A DNA stretch of 41,260 nt from an uncultured Gammaproteobacteria bacterium (GTDB lineage Bacteria; Patescibacteriota; Microgenomatia; CAYGWK01): contig CAZAPL010000008.1 in assembly GCA_964487495.1 (NCBI GenBank), positions 1 through 41,260 on the forward strand. Reading direction: 5' to 3'. The notes under the pieces are model-generated. The model saw only the letters and a list, made by a program, of their open reading frames with translations, searched no databases and was not told the DNA's origin. The position numbers and the translations under genes were made by a program. Of the stretch, positions 17,652 through 25,521 are shown piece by piece (positions within the stretch are counted from its first letter, which is position 1; each line of letters begins with the position of its first letter).

Positions 17652-18536
17652 ATGAATTTCATGCGTTTTAAATGGTTATATTTTCTTTTATCCGGTATTG
17701 TTTTAATTCCGGGAATTGTCTCTCTCTTTCTCTTTGGCCTTAAACCATCAATTGACTTTACCGGCGGGGCGCTTCTTGAATTTAAATTTGAAAACGCCAG
17801 AAATTTAAGTGCTTCGGCAATAGATGAAGTAGTTAAAGAAAAGGGGTTTGAGGTATTTTCTGTTCAGAAATCCGGAGAGAATGATTATCTTTTAAGAATG
17901 CAGCCAATAACAAAAGATGATGTTTCTTCTCTTAAAACCTCTTTAGCCGATAAATTTTTAGCTATACCAGAGGAAATTCGTTTTGAGACAGTTGGGCCAA
18001 TTTTAGGTAAGGAACTTTTGATTAAAACCATAATTGCTGTAGTTTTAGCAGCAGGTTTTATTTTGGCTTATGTTGCTTGGGTTTTTAAAAATTTTAAATT
18101 TGGAGTTTGTGCTATTTTGGCTATGTTTCATGATAGTTTTTTACTTTTGGGAACATTTTCCTTATTTGGGCGTTTTTTAGGAGTTGAGATAGACACCCTT
18201 TTTGTGACAGCAATGCTTACTATTCTTTCGTTTTCAGTTCATGATACAGTGGTAGTTTATGATCGAATTCGAGAATCACAGAAGAGATTTCCCCAGATAG
18301 CGTTTGAGGATTTGGCAAATAAGGCGGTAACGGAAACTTTATCGCGATCTTTAAATAATTCTTTAACAATTATTTTTATGCTTTTGGCTTTATTCCTGCT
18401 TGGAGGAGAGACGATTAAATGGTTTGTGGTTGCCCTTTTAATTGGGACTATTTCTGGAACCTATAGTTCTACCTTTACTGCCGTTCCGTTATTAGTTGTT
18501 TGGGAGAAAATTGAAAGAAAAAGAGAGAACAAATAA
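17652..18536 (+). CDS. secF: Protein translocase subunit SecF
   Basis: IDFTGG, ETVGP, SVHDTVVVYDRIRE, GTYSS. Confidence 0.97.
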   Translation: MNFMRFKWLYFLLSGIVLIPGIVSLFLFGLKPSIDFTGGALLEFKFENARNLSASAIDEVVKEKGFEVFSVQKSGENDYLLRMQPITKDDVSSLKTSLADKFLAIPEEIRFETVGPILGKELLIKTIIAVVLAAGFILAYVAWVFKNFKFGVCAILAMFHDSFLLLGTFSLFGRFLGVEIDTLFVTAMLTILSFSVHDTVVVYDRIRESQKRFPQIAFEDLANKAVTETLSRSLNNSLTIIFMLLALFLLGGETIKWFVVALLIGTISGTYSSTFTAVPLLVVWEKIERKRENK

Positions 18537-18611
18537 GATTTTTATAAAAAATTTTGTCTGTTTATGTAGAATAGAATTGTCTTTAAACTGAGATAGAAAG
18601 GAGGTGATAAT

Positions 18612-18872
18612 GTGGATTTGCAGGTTCAGAAAAAAGACGGCAGGCTTGAGCCTTTTGATAGGGATAAAATAAAAAGCGGCCTTCTTAAATCAGGAGCTTC
18701 CAAGGAGGAAGCGGAAAAAATTGCTGCCGATGTTGAAGTCTGGGCCCAGAATGCAGCCCAAAATGGTATTGTTAGTACCTTTAGTCTTAGGAATAAAGTT
18801 CTTGAGATTTTAAAAGAAATTAATCCTACCGCCGCTAACGCTTTTGAATTTTACCGAAAGCCAAAACAGTAA
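18612..18872 (+). CDS. Stand-alone ATP-cone domain protein
   Basis: VQKKDGRLEPFDRDKI; strong SD GAAAGGAGGTGA before GTG. Confidence 0.88.
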   Translation: MDLQVQKKDGRLEPFDRDKIKSGLLKSGASKEEAEKIAADVEVWAQNAAQNGIVSTFSLRNKVLEILKEINPTAANAFEFYRKPKQ

Positions 18873-18931
18873 TTTTGTTAATTTTTTATTAAATATTAAT
18901 CTTTTTTGGTCTAAAAGAGAAAGAATTTTTC

Positions 18932-19741
18932 GTGGAAGAAAAGGTTAAAAAAATTTTGAGTTCTTATAAAATTAAATTGGACCCTTTTAAGGATCAGTTT
19001 TTCCTCATTGATCAAGAAATTATAAAAAAAATTGTCGAAGAGGCAAAAATTAGGCCAAATGAAAAAGTGGTTGAAATTGGTGCGGGTTTGGGTTTTATTA
19101 CTTGGGAAATAGCCAAAAGATCTAGAAATGTTTTAGCAATTGAAATAGATAGGAGATTTAAGCCAATTTTAAATAAACTTCCTTCTTGGGTAAAGGTTGT
19201 TTATGGAGACGCCTGGAAAATTTTAGGGGGACTTCATTATTCAAAATATAAGTTTGATAAACTAATTTCTAGTCTTCCTTACAGTCTTTGCGAGCCGATA
19301 ATGCATAAGTTTACCTATGGGGTTAAATTCAAAACGATTGTTTTTGTAATTCCCAAGAAATTCTTTTATAAAATTTTAAATCATCCTATCTTCTCTGCTT
19401 TTTATAAAATTGAGAAAGTTTTAGACGTTCCCAAAAAAGCATTTTATCCTATACCTAGGGTTAATTCGGTGGTTGCAAAAATTACTCCCTACAAAAATCC
19501 GCCTCTTTCTGCTGTTATTTGTCAATATCTTTATAAACATAGGCGATCTCTTACTAAAAATGCTTTGGTTGAGGCGTTAATTGAGGTTTCTCCAAAAATT
19601 TACCAAAGAAAAATTACAAAGAATCAGGCAAGGAAATTAGTTCAAGAATTGGGGATCGATCAGAAACTTCTTAAAGAAAGACCCATCGACAATCCTAGTA
19701 TTTATTTTGAAGTAATTAAGAAAATAAATACCGTTTCGTAA
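18932..19741 (+). CDS. rsmA: RsmA/KsgA/Erm family rRNA adenine dimethyltransferase (divergent)
   Basis: DQFFLID, VVEIGAGLG, AIEID, SSLPY, FYPIPRVNS. Confidence 0.75.
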   Translation: MEEKVKKILSSYKIKLDPFKDQFFLIDQEIIKKIVEEAKIRPNEKVVEIGAGLGFITWEIAKRSRNVLAIEIDRRFKPILNKLPSWVKVVYGDAWKILGGLHYSKYKFDKLISSLPYSLCEPIMHKFTYGVKFKTIVFVIPKKFFYKILNHPIFSAFYKIEKVLDVPKKAFYPIPRVNSVVAKITPYKNPPLSAVICQYLYKHRRSLTKNALVEALIEVSPKIYQRKITKNQARKLVQELGIDQKLLKERPIDNPSIYFEVIKKINTVS

Positions 19742-19783
19742 ATTCATTCCGATACCGTTTCGTTTTATATTTACGAAATGGTA
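19729..19783. repeat. REP-like repeat cluster upstream of RAYT 2
   Basis: TACCGTTTCGTAAATTCA (19729), TACCGTTTCGT (19753), inverted ATTTACGAAATGGTA (19769-19783). Confidence 0.85.
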
Positions 19784-19839
19784 AAATGCGTTATAAAGGT
19801 AGTATTAAATATGATTTTTGATGTGATATTATAGAATAA

Positions 19840-20484
19840 ATGGCATTAAGGAAAACATTTTTGGCTACAGGCGAAGTTTATCATGTTTTAAATCGCTCAT
19901 CTTATGGTTTTCCTATATTTAAGGGAAAAAGAGAGCGTGAATATTTTCTGGAGGCGATGGGATATTATATTCAAGCAAATCCCCCAACAAAATTTTCTCT
20001 TTATAAGATTAAGAAAGATATGTTTTCTGTTAGTTTAAAAGATAGATTGGTAACAATTATTAATTTTTGTATTATGCCGACTCATTTTCATTTTACCCTA
20101 AGACAAGATAAAGATGATGGGATTAAAAAATTTATTCAGAAATTGACTAGTAGTTTTGCTCATTACTTTGCTATAAAAAATCGAAGTAGTGGTCATGTTT
20201 TTGAAGGAAATTTCAAGGCAATCCGGGTAGAAAATGAGGAACAGTTGATCCATCTTTCTCGATATATTCATTTAAATCCCGTTTCTTCCTATCTTGTGGA
20301 AAATCCAGAGGACTATTTATATTCTTCTTATAGAGTTTATTTAGGGAAAGAAAAATCATTTATTGTAGACCCATCTTTAGTTCTTAGTAATTTTTCTTCT
20401 CCTTTGGAATACGAAAGGTTTGTTTTATCTCAGAAAGATTATCAGCGAGAAATAGAAAAAATAAAACATCTACTTCTAGAGTAG
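19840..20484 (+). mobile_element. REP-associated tyrosine transposase (RAYT), paralog 2
   Basis: YHVLNR, MPTHFHF (HUH), LSRYIHLNPV, YLYSSY; visibly homologous to 212..880. Confidence 0.9.
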
Positions 20485-20496
20485 AAATAGGCAAAT

Positions 20497-20538
20497 TACC
20501 GTTTCGTAAATTCAAACCGATACCGTCTCGTAAATTCA
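20497..20538. repeat. REP-like repeat cluster downstream of RAYT 2
   Basis: TACCGTTTCGTAAATTCA (20497) and TACCGTCTCGTAAATTCA (20521), 24-nt period. Confidence 0.85.
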
Positions 20539-21879
20539 TAAATTTTGGCCGAGTTCTTTAATTCGGGAAAGTAAATATTTTCGTTTGTTCTTAGTCTTAT
20601 CTTCAACAACCTCTTCAAATAATTTATTTAAGACTTTTCCTACTAGTGGACCAGGAGAAATATTTAAAATTCTCATTACATCATGGCCATTAACCTTTAA
20701 ATCCGTTACCGTAAATGGTTGCTTTTGTACTTCTTTAAGTCTTTTTTTGAATTTTTCCAGTCTCCAAGAAGTTTCTCTTGCCCCCCCTCCAAGCCTATCA
20801 CCAACTCGAAGATCAAGAATGTCTTTTAAGTTTTCTTTACCAACATTCCTGATAAATCTTCTAATTGCCGAGTCGGTTTGGTGTTCATCGCAGGTAAATT
20901 GGTGCCATCTAACGAGAGTGGTTAACTTTTCTCTTTCTTTTTTGGAAAAACGGAGTCTTTCGGCAATATTTCTTGCAATTGAAGCTCCAATTAATTCGTG
21001 ATTGTAGAAGGTTCGCTTTTCTCCTTCGCCTTTAGCGGTTAGCGGTTTTCCAATATCGTGAAGAAGAGTGGCAAATCTAGTTATTGGATCTTTTGAGGGG
21101 CAATATTTTAGAGATAAAAGAGAATGGGTCCAGACATCATAAATATGGTGTTTGGCTTGCTTTAGCCCATATCCTTTAATTAATTCTGGAATAATTTTTT
21201 CCAAAAGCCCAGAAGATAAAAGAAGATTAAAACCGTCAGCGGGAAAATTACTCTTTAAAATTTTAAGAAGTTCATCACGGATTCTTTCTTTAGCGATTTT
21301 ATTAATTAAATTAACATTGTTTTGAATTGCCCGGAAAGTTTCTTCTTCGATGATAAAGCCAAGTTCTGTTGCTAAGCGAATCGCCCTCATCATTCTTAAG
21401 GCATCCTCAGAGAATCTTTTATTTGGATCACCTACTGCTTTAATAATTTTTTCTTTCAAGTCGCGCTGGCCTTCAAAATAATCAATAATTTTTGGTTTTT
21501 CTTGGGAATAATCTAAGGCCAAGGCGTTAATAGTAAAATCTCGGCGCGAAAGATCTTCTTTTAGGGAATTCCCCCAAATTACTTTATCTGGATGACGTCG
21601 ATCAGAATAGCCAATTTCTTTTCTAAAAGTGGTTATTTCGTAAGGATGAGGCGAAGAGGGATGATTGATTCCTACTGTTCCGAATTTATTGTCATAGAAA
21701 CCGTTAGGGAAAATTTTAAGGATTTCTTTTGGGGTAGCATTAGTAGTAAAATCCCAATCAGAAACTTCTCTTTTTAAAAGGAGATCTCTAACTGATCCTC
21801 CTACGACGTAAATTTCAAATCCTTCTTTTTTAAATTTTTTTAAAATTTCACAGGCAAAATCTGGAAGTTTGAAGTTCAT
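20536..21879 (-). CDS. cca: CCA tRNA nucleotidyltransferase with HD domain
   Basis: VGGSVRD..DWDFTT, RRDFTINA, EDALRMMRA, ERIRDE, LLHDIGKP. Confidence 0.93.
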   Translation of the reverse strand: MNFKLPDFACEILKKFKKEGFEIYVVGGSVRDLLLKREVSDWDFTTNATPKEILKIFPNGFYDNKFGTVGINHPSSPHPYEITTFRKEIGYSDRRHPDKVIWGNSLKEDLSRRDFTINALALDYSQEKPKIIDYFEGQRDLKEKIIKAVGDPNKRFSEDALRMMRAIRLATELGFIIEEETFRAIQNNVNLINKIAKERIRDELLKILKSNFPADGFNLLLSSGLLEKIIPELIKGYGLKQAKHHIYDVWTHSLLSLKYCPSKDPITRFATLLHDIGKPLTAKGEGEKRTFYNHELIGASIARNIAERLRFSKKEREKLTTLVRWHQFTCDEHQTDSAIRRFIRNVGKENLKDILDLRVGDRLGGGARETSWRLEKFKKRLKEVQKQPFTVTDLKVNGHDVMRILNISPGPLVGKVLNKLFEEVVEDKTKNKRKYLLSRIKELGQNL

Positions 21880-21881
21880 CT

Positions 21882-21900
21882 TGGTATGATAATTATACCA
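21882..21900. promoter_or_regulatory. Overlapping divergent extended -10 promoters for cca and recJ
   Basis: + strand TG-G-TATGAT (21882-21890); - strand TG-G-TATAAT (21900-21892). Confidence 0.65.
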
Positions 21901-23555
21901 TGAGAAGGTGGAGAGTATTGAATAAATTGGTTATGGCAAAAGAGGGCTTTGACGTTTCAGAAATTATTAGGATTTTATTAAAAAATCGAGAGATAAATAC
22001 CGATAAGGAAATTGAAGAATTTCTAAAGCCCCCTAGTCCTTATAGTTTAAAACCAGAACATCTAAAAATTAGTTTAGTTGATCTTGAAAAAGCGGTAAAA
22101 AGAATTAAAAAAGCAGTGAAGAATAATGAAAAAATTATTATATATGGAGATTATGATACTGATGGTGTTTGTGCTACGGCGATAATTTGGGAGGTTCTTT
22201 ATCAAATGGGAGCAAAAGTAATGCCTTTTATTCCTAAAAGAGAAGAAGGCTATGGAATGAAGGTTGAAAGGATTGATCAATTTGCCGATGAAGGGGTAAG
22301 TCTTATAATTACGGTAGATCAAGGTATTACTGCTTATCCCCAGGTTGATCACGCCAGGAAAATGGGAATTGATGTAATTGTTACCGATCATCATCTGCCT
22401 GGGGAAAAGAAGCCAAGGGCGTTTTCAATTATTCATACCACTGCTCTTTCGGGTTCTGGTGTGTCTTGGTTTTTGGCAAAAAATTTGGGGAATCCGGATC
22501 TTGATCTTGTAACTATTGGGACAGTGGCTGATATGTTGCCTTTAACCGGGGCAAATCGAGCAATTGTTTACCATGGACTTCCAAAATTAAGAAATACTAA
22601 AAGGCTTGGTTTAAAAAAACTTTACGATAAAGCGGGAATTTCTTCAGAATCTTTAGGGACTTACGAAATAGGATTTATTATCGGGCCAAGGATAAATGCT
22701 TCAGGAAGATTGGATGATCCGATGGAATCCTTACGCCTACTTTTGACCTCAAAGGAGGAAAGAGCCTTGTCTCTTGCTCAAAAAATTGATGAACAAAATC
22801 GCAGGCGTCAAGTTTTGACAGAAGAAATGACTATCCATGCGAGAAATTTATGGTTTTCTCAAGATGGGAAAAGTAAGTTGATTTTTGTTTCTCATACTTC
22901 ATACGAAGAGGGGATTTTAGGTTTAATAGCAGGAAAGTTAGTAGAAGAATTTTATCGGCCGGCGGTGGTTATTGCCCAAGGAGAAAAGTACTCTCGGGCT
23001 TCTGCAAGATCAATTAATGGTTTTAATATTATTGAAGCAATAAGATCATGTAGCGATATTTTGGGGTCTCATGGTGGGCATGCTTTGGCGGCTGGTTTTT
23101 CGGTAGAAACGGTAAGGATTGAGGAATTAAAAACTAGACTTCTTGAAATAGCAGAAAAAAACTTAAATGAGGAAATTTTAACCCCTGTTTTAAAAATTGA
23201 TTTAGAGATGGATCTTTCTTTTGTTTCTCTTTCTCTTTTTGAGATATTGAAAAAATTAGAGCCCTTTGGTTATGGTAATCCCGAACCTCTCTTTTTAAGC
23301 CGAAATTTAATTATTTTTGATGCCCAAACTGTAGGGGATAAAAATCAACATCTTAAATTAAAAGTAGCATCTCTCCTGTCACGGACCACTTTTGAGGCTA
23401 TTGGTTTTGGCATGGGAGGCTTTTTTGATAAACTTTCTCCTGAAGAACCGGTTGATATTGTTTATAGTTTACTTTTGGAGAGATGGAATAATTCTTCCTC
23501 TCTTAAGTTAAAAATTAAAGATATAAGAAAAAGCAAAAATGGAGAAAAAGATTAA
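21900..23555 (+). CDS. recJ: ssDNA-specific exonuclease RecJ
   Basis: YGDYDTDG, ITVDQG, TDHH, GTVADM, PRINASGR, GGHALAAG. Confidence 0.96.
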   Translation: MRRWRVLNKLVMAKEGFDVSEIIRILLKNREINTDKEIEEFLKPPSPYSLKPEHLKISLVDLEKAVKRIKKAVKNNEKIIIYGDYDTDGVCATAIIWEVLYQMGAKVMPFIPKREEGYGMKVERIDQFADEGVSLIITVDQGITAYPQVDHARKMGIDVIVTDHHLPGEKKPRAFSIIHTTALSGSGVSWFLAKNLGNPDLDLVTIGTVADMLPLTGANRAIVYHGLPKLRNTKRLGLKKLYDKAGISSESLGTYEIGFIIGPRINASGRLDDPMESLRLLLTSKEERALSLAQKIDEQNRRRQVLTEEMTIHARNLWFSQDGKSKLIFVSHTSYEEGILGLIAGKLVEEFYRPAVVIAQGEKYSRASARSINGFNIIEAIRSCSDILGSHGGHALAAGFSVETVRIEELKTRLLEIAEKNLNEEILTPVLKIDLEMDLSFVSLSLFEILKKLEPFGYGNPEPLFLSRNLIIFDAQTVGDKNQHLKLKVASLLSRTTFEAIGFGMGGFFDKLSPEEPVDIVYSLLLERWNNSSSLKLKIKDIRKSKNGEKD

Positions 23556-25020
23556 TATTGATAAATTAATTGAAAAAATTAAATATTATGATCTTAAGGT
23601 TGACCTTAAAGAGGTAAGGAGGGCTTTTGAATTTGCTTCTTCTGCTTGCGGGGGGAAATTAAGACTTTCCGGAGAAACGGTTTTGGATCATTTACTTGCA
23701 GTTGCCGAGGTTTTGGTAGATTGGAAACTGGATACTACCTCGATTGTCGCAGGTATTTTACATGATGTTGTTGAAGATGGAGGCAAAAGCCTGGAAGAGA
23801 TCAAAAAAAATTTTGGAGAACAGGTGGCATTTTTAGTTGATGGGGTAACAAAGATAGGTGGTTTAAAACTCAGAGGGTCAACCAATGAAGAATTTGTTGA
23901 AAATTTAAGAAAAATGGTTGTGGTTATGGCTTCTGATTTAAGAGTAGTTTTAATTAAACTTGCTGATCGTTATCATAATATGCAGACTCTTTCCTTTTTG
24001 CCTTTGGATAAGCAAAAAAGAATTGCCAGAGAAACTTTGGAAATTTATGCTCCTCTTGCGGAAAGATTAGGGATTGGGGAAATGAAGGGGAAACTTGAGG
24101 ATTTAGCCTTTTCTTATGTTTATCCTGAAGATTTCTTGTGGGTTAAGAATTTTTCTGCCCCATTTTACCATAAAGCTCAAGAGATCGTTGAGGAGGCGAA
24201 GGAAGAAATTTTAAAAAAACTTGGAGAAGAAAAAATAAAAGCCACCGTTTCCGGCCGGGTTAAACATCTTTATTCTCTTTGGAAGAAACTTTTAAGACCA
24301 GAAATTAATAAAGATATTTCAAAAATTTTTGATCTTGTGGCATTAAGAATACTTGTTTCTTCAATAAGAGATTGTTATGCCTCCTTGGGTGTAGTTCATC
24401 AGAAATGGAAGCCAGTTCCTTTTAAGGGAGTAAGTGATTTTATCGCTCAACCAAAGCCAAATGGTTATCGTTCGATTCATACTACTGTTTTTGGTCCTCA
24501 CGGAAGGATTATTGAAATTCAAATAAGGACTTATCAAATGCATGATGAGGCAGAAAATGGAATTGCCGCCCATTGGTATTACGCTTCTTTAAAGTCAAGA
24601 GGGGTCTCTGATCAGAGACTTGAAAGCGGAAGTTTTGCTCCTGATGAAAAACTTTCTTGGGTTCGGCAATTGGTTGCTTGGCAGAAGGAAATCGTTGGTT
24701 CAAAAGAATTTTTAGAGGCGATAAAATTCGACGCTTTAGCCCATCGAATTTTTGTTTTTTCGCCAAAAGGCGATGTTTTCGATTTGCCTTTAGGGGCTAC
24801 CCCGATTGATTTTGCTTATGCAGTCCATACCAGTTTGGGTGATGAGGCAGTTGGAGCAAAGGTTAACGGGAAAATGGTTAAACTTAATTATAAATTAAAA
24901 AGTGGCGATATGGTTGAAATATTGAAAAAGGAAGGCACTAAACCCTCACGAGACTGGCTGGAGTTTGTAGTTACTACTTTGGCTAAAAGAAGGATTAGAA
25001 GATTTTTTAAGAATGTTTAA
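23539..25020 (+). CDS. rel: RelA/SpoT family (p)ppGpp synthetase/hydrolase, short form (HD-SYN-TGS)
   Basis: LHDVVED, KLADRYHNM, KPNGYRSIHT, EIQIRT, TPIDFAYAVHT. Confidence 0.93.
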   Translation: MEKKINIDKLIEKIKYYDLKVDLKEVRRAFEFASSACGGKLRLSGETVLDHLLAVAEVLVDWKLDTTSIVAGILHDVVEDGGKSLEEIKKNFGEQVAFLVDGVTKIGGLKLRGSTNEEFVENLRKMVVVMASDLRVVLIKLADRYHNMQTLSFLPLDKQKRIARETLEIYAPLAERLGIGEMKGKLEDLAFSYVYPEDFLWVKNFSAPFYHKAQEIVEEAKEEILKKLGEEKIKATVSGRVKHLYSLWKKLLRPEINKDISKIFDLVALRILVSSIRDCYASLGVVHQKWKPVPFKGVSDFIAQPKPNGYRSIHTTVFGPHGRIIEIQIRTYQMHDEAENGIAAHWYYASLKSRGVSDQRLESGSFAPDEKLSWVRQLVAWQKEIVGSKEFLEAIKFDALAHRIFVFSPKGDVFDLPLGATPIDFAYAVHTSLGDEAVGAKVNGKMVKLNYKLKSGDMVEILKKEGTKPSRDWLEFVVTTLAKRRIRRFFKNV

Positions 25021-25051
25021 ATTTTTTATAATTATTTTTCTCTTTTTTGGG

Positions 25052-25300
25052 CTATTTTTGGTGTTTCCCAAGTTTTCCTTTTTGGTTTAGAAAATTTTCC
25101 GGTGAAGTTTTTTCTCTCAGAGAATTGCCTTGATCACCAAAAATTTCTTCACCGTATTTGTTAATTATTCTTATTGCTTCTTCAGGATTTAATTTTAATA
25201 TCTCTTCCCAAGCAGCCTGTTGGGCATTTGGTAGAATGCCAAAAGTATCTAGCATTTTTTGGTATCTTCCTAAAGCTTTCCAATATTCTGATTCTTTCAT
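25052..25300 (-). CDS. Hypothetical protein, 82 aa
   Basis: ATG-initiated ORF directly downstream of the attenuator-like leader. Confidence 0.65.
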   Translation of the reverse strand: MKESEYWKALGRYQKMLDTFGILPNAQQAAWEEILKLNPEEAIRIINKYGEEIFGDQGNSLREKTSPENFLNQKGKLGKHQK

Positions 25301-25310
25301 TATTCTAATA

Positions 25311-25340
25311 AATAAAAAACCTCCCTTTTTTGGGAGGTTT
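25311..25340 (-). terminator. Intrinsic terminator within a leader (attenuator)
   Basis: AAACCTCCC-AAAAAA-GGGAGGTTT followed by TTTATTT on the - strand. Confidence 0.8.
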
Positions 25341-25363
25341 GAGAAAGTTTTAAAAACTATTTT

Positions 25364-25450
25364 CTACTGCCATTTCCCCAAACCTCCCCTCTCCTTCTTT
25401 TTGAGGATAATAGAAAGAGAGATTTGGTTTATAAAAAGGGAGTTTTTCAT
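25364..25450 (-). CDS. Putative leader peptide, 28 aa (not in the ORF track)
   Basis: MKNSLFINQISLSIILKKKERGGLGKWQ*, between promoter and terminator; contains the antiterminator segment. Confidence 0.6.
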   Translation of the reverse strand: MKNSLFINQISLSIILKKKERGGLGKWQ

Positions 25451-25462
25451 TTAATTATAAAG

Positions 25463-25491
25463 ATTTTAATTAGTCATTTTTAGATTGTCAA
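25463..25491 (-). promoter_or_regulatory. Sigma70 promoter of the attenuated unit
   Basis: TTGACA (25491-25486), 17 nt, TAAAAT (25468-25463). Confidence 0.8.
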
Positions 25492-25521
25492 GATAAAGAA
25501 AAAAATGTAGAATATTAGATA

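Noticed and set aside
19729-20538. 24-nt-period repeats as a CRISPR array
   Set aside because: Only two units per side, 6-nt gaps rather than spacers, and no cas genes.
25158-25454. + strand 98-aa ORF
   Set aside because: Antisense to the 82-aa ORF and its leader; promoter and terminator polarity favour the - strand.
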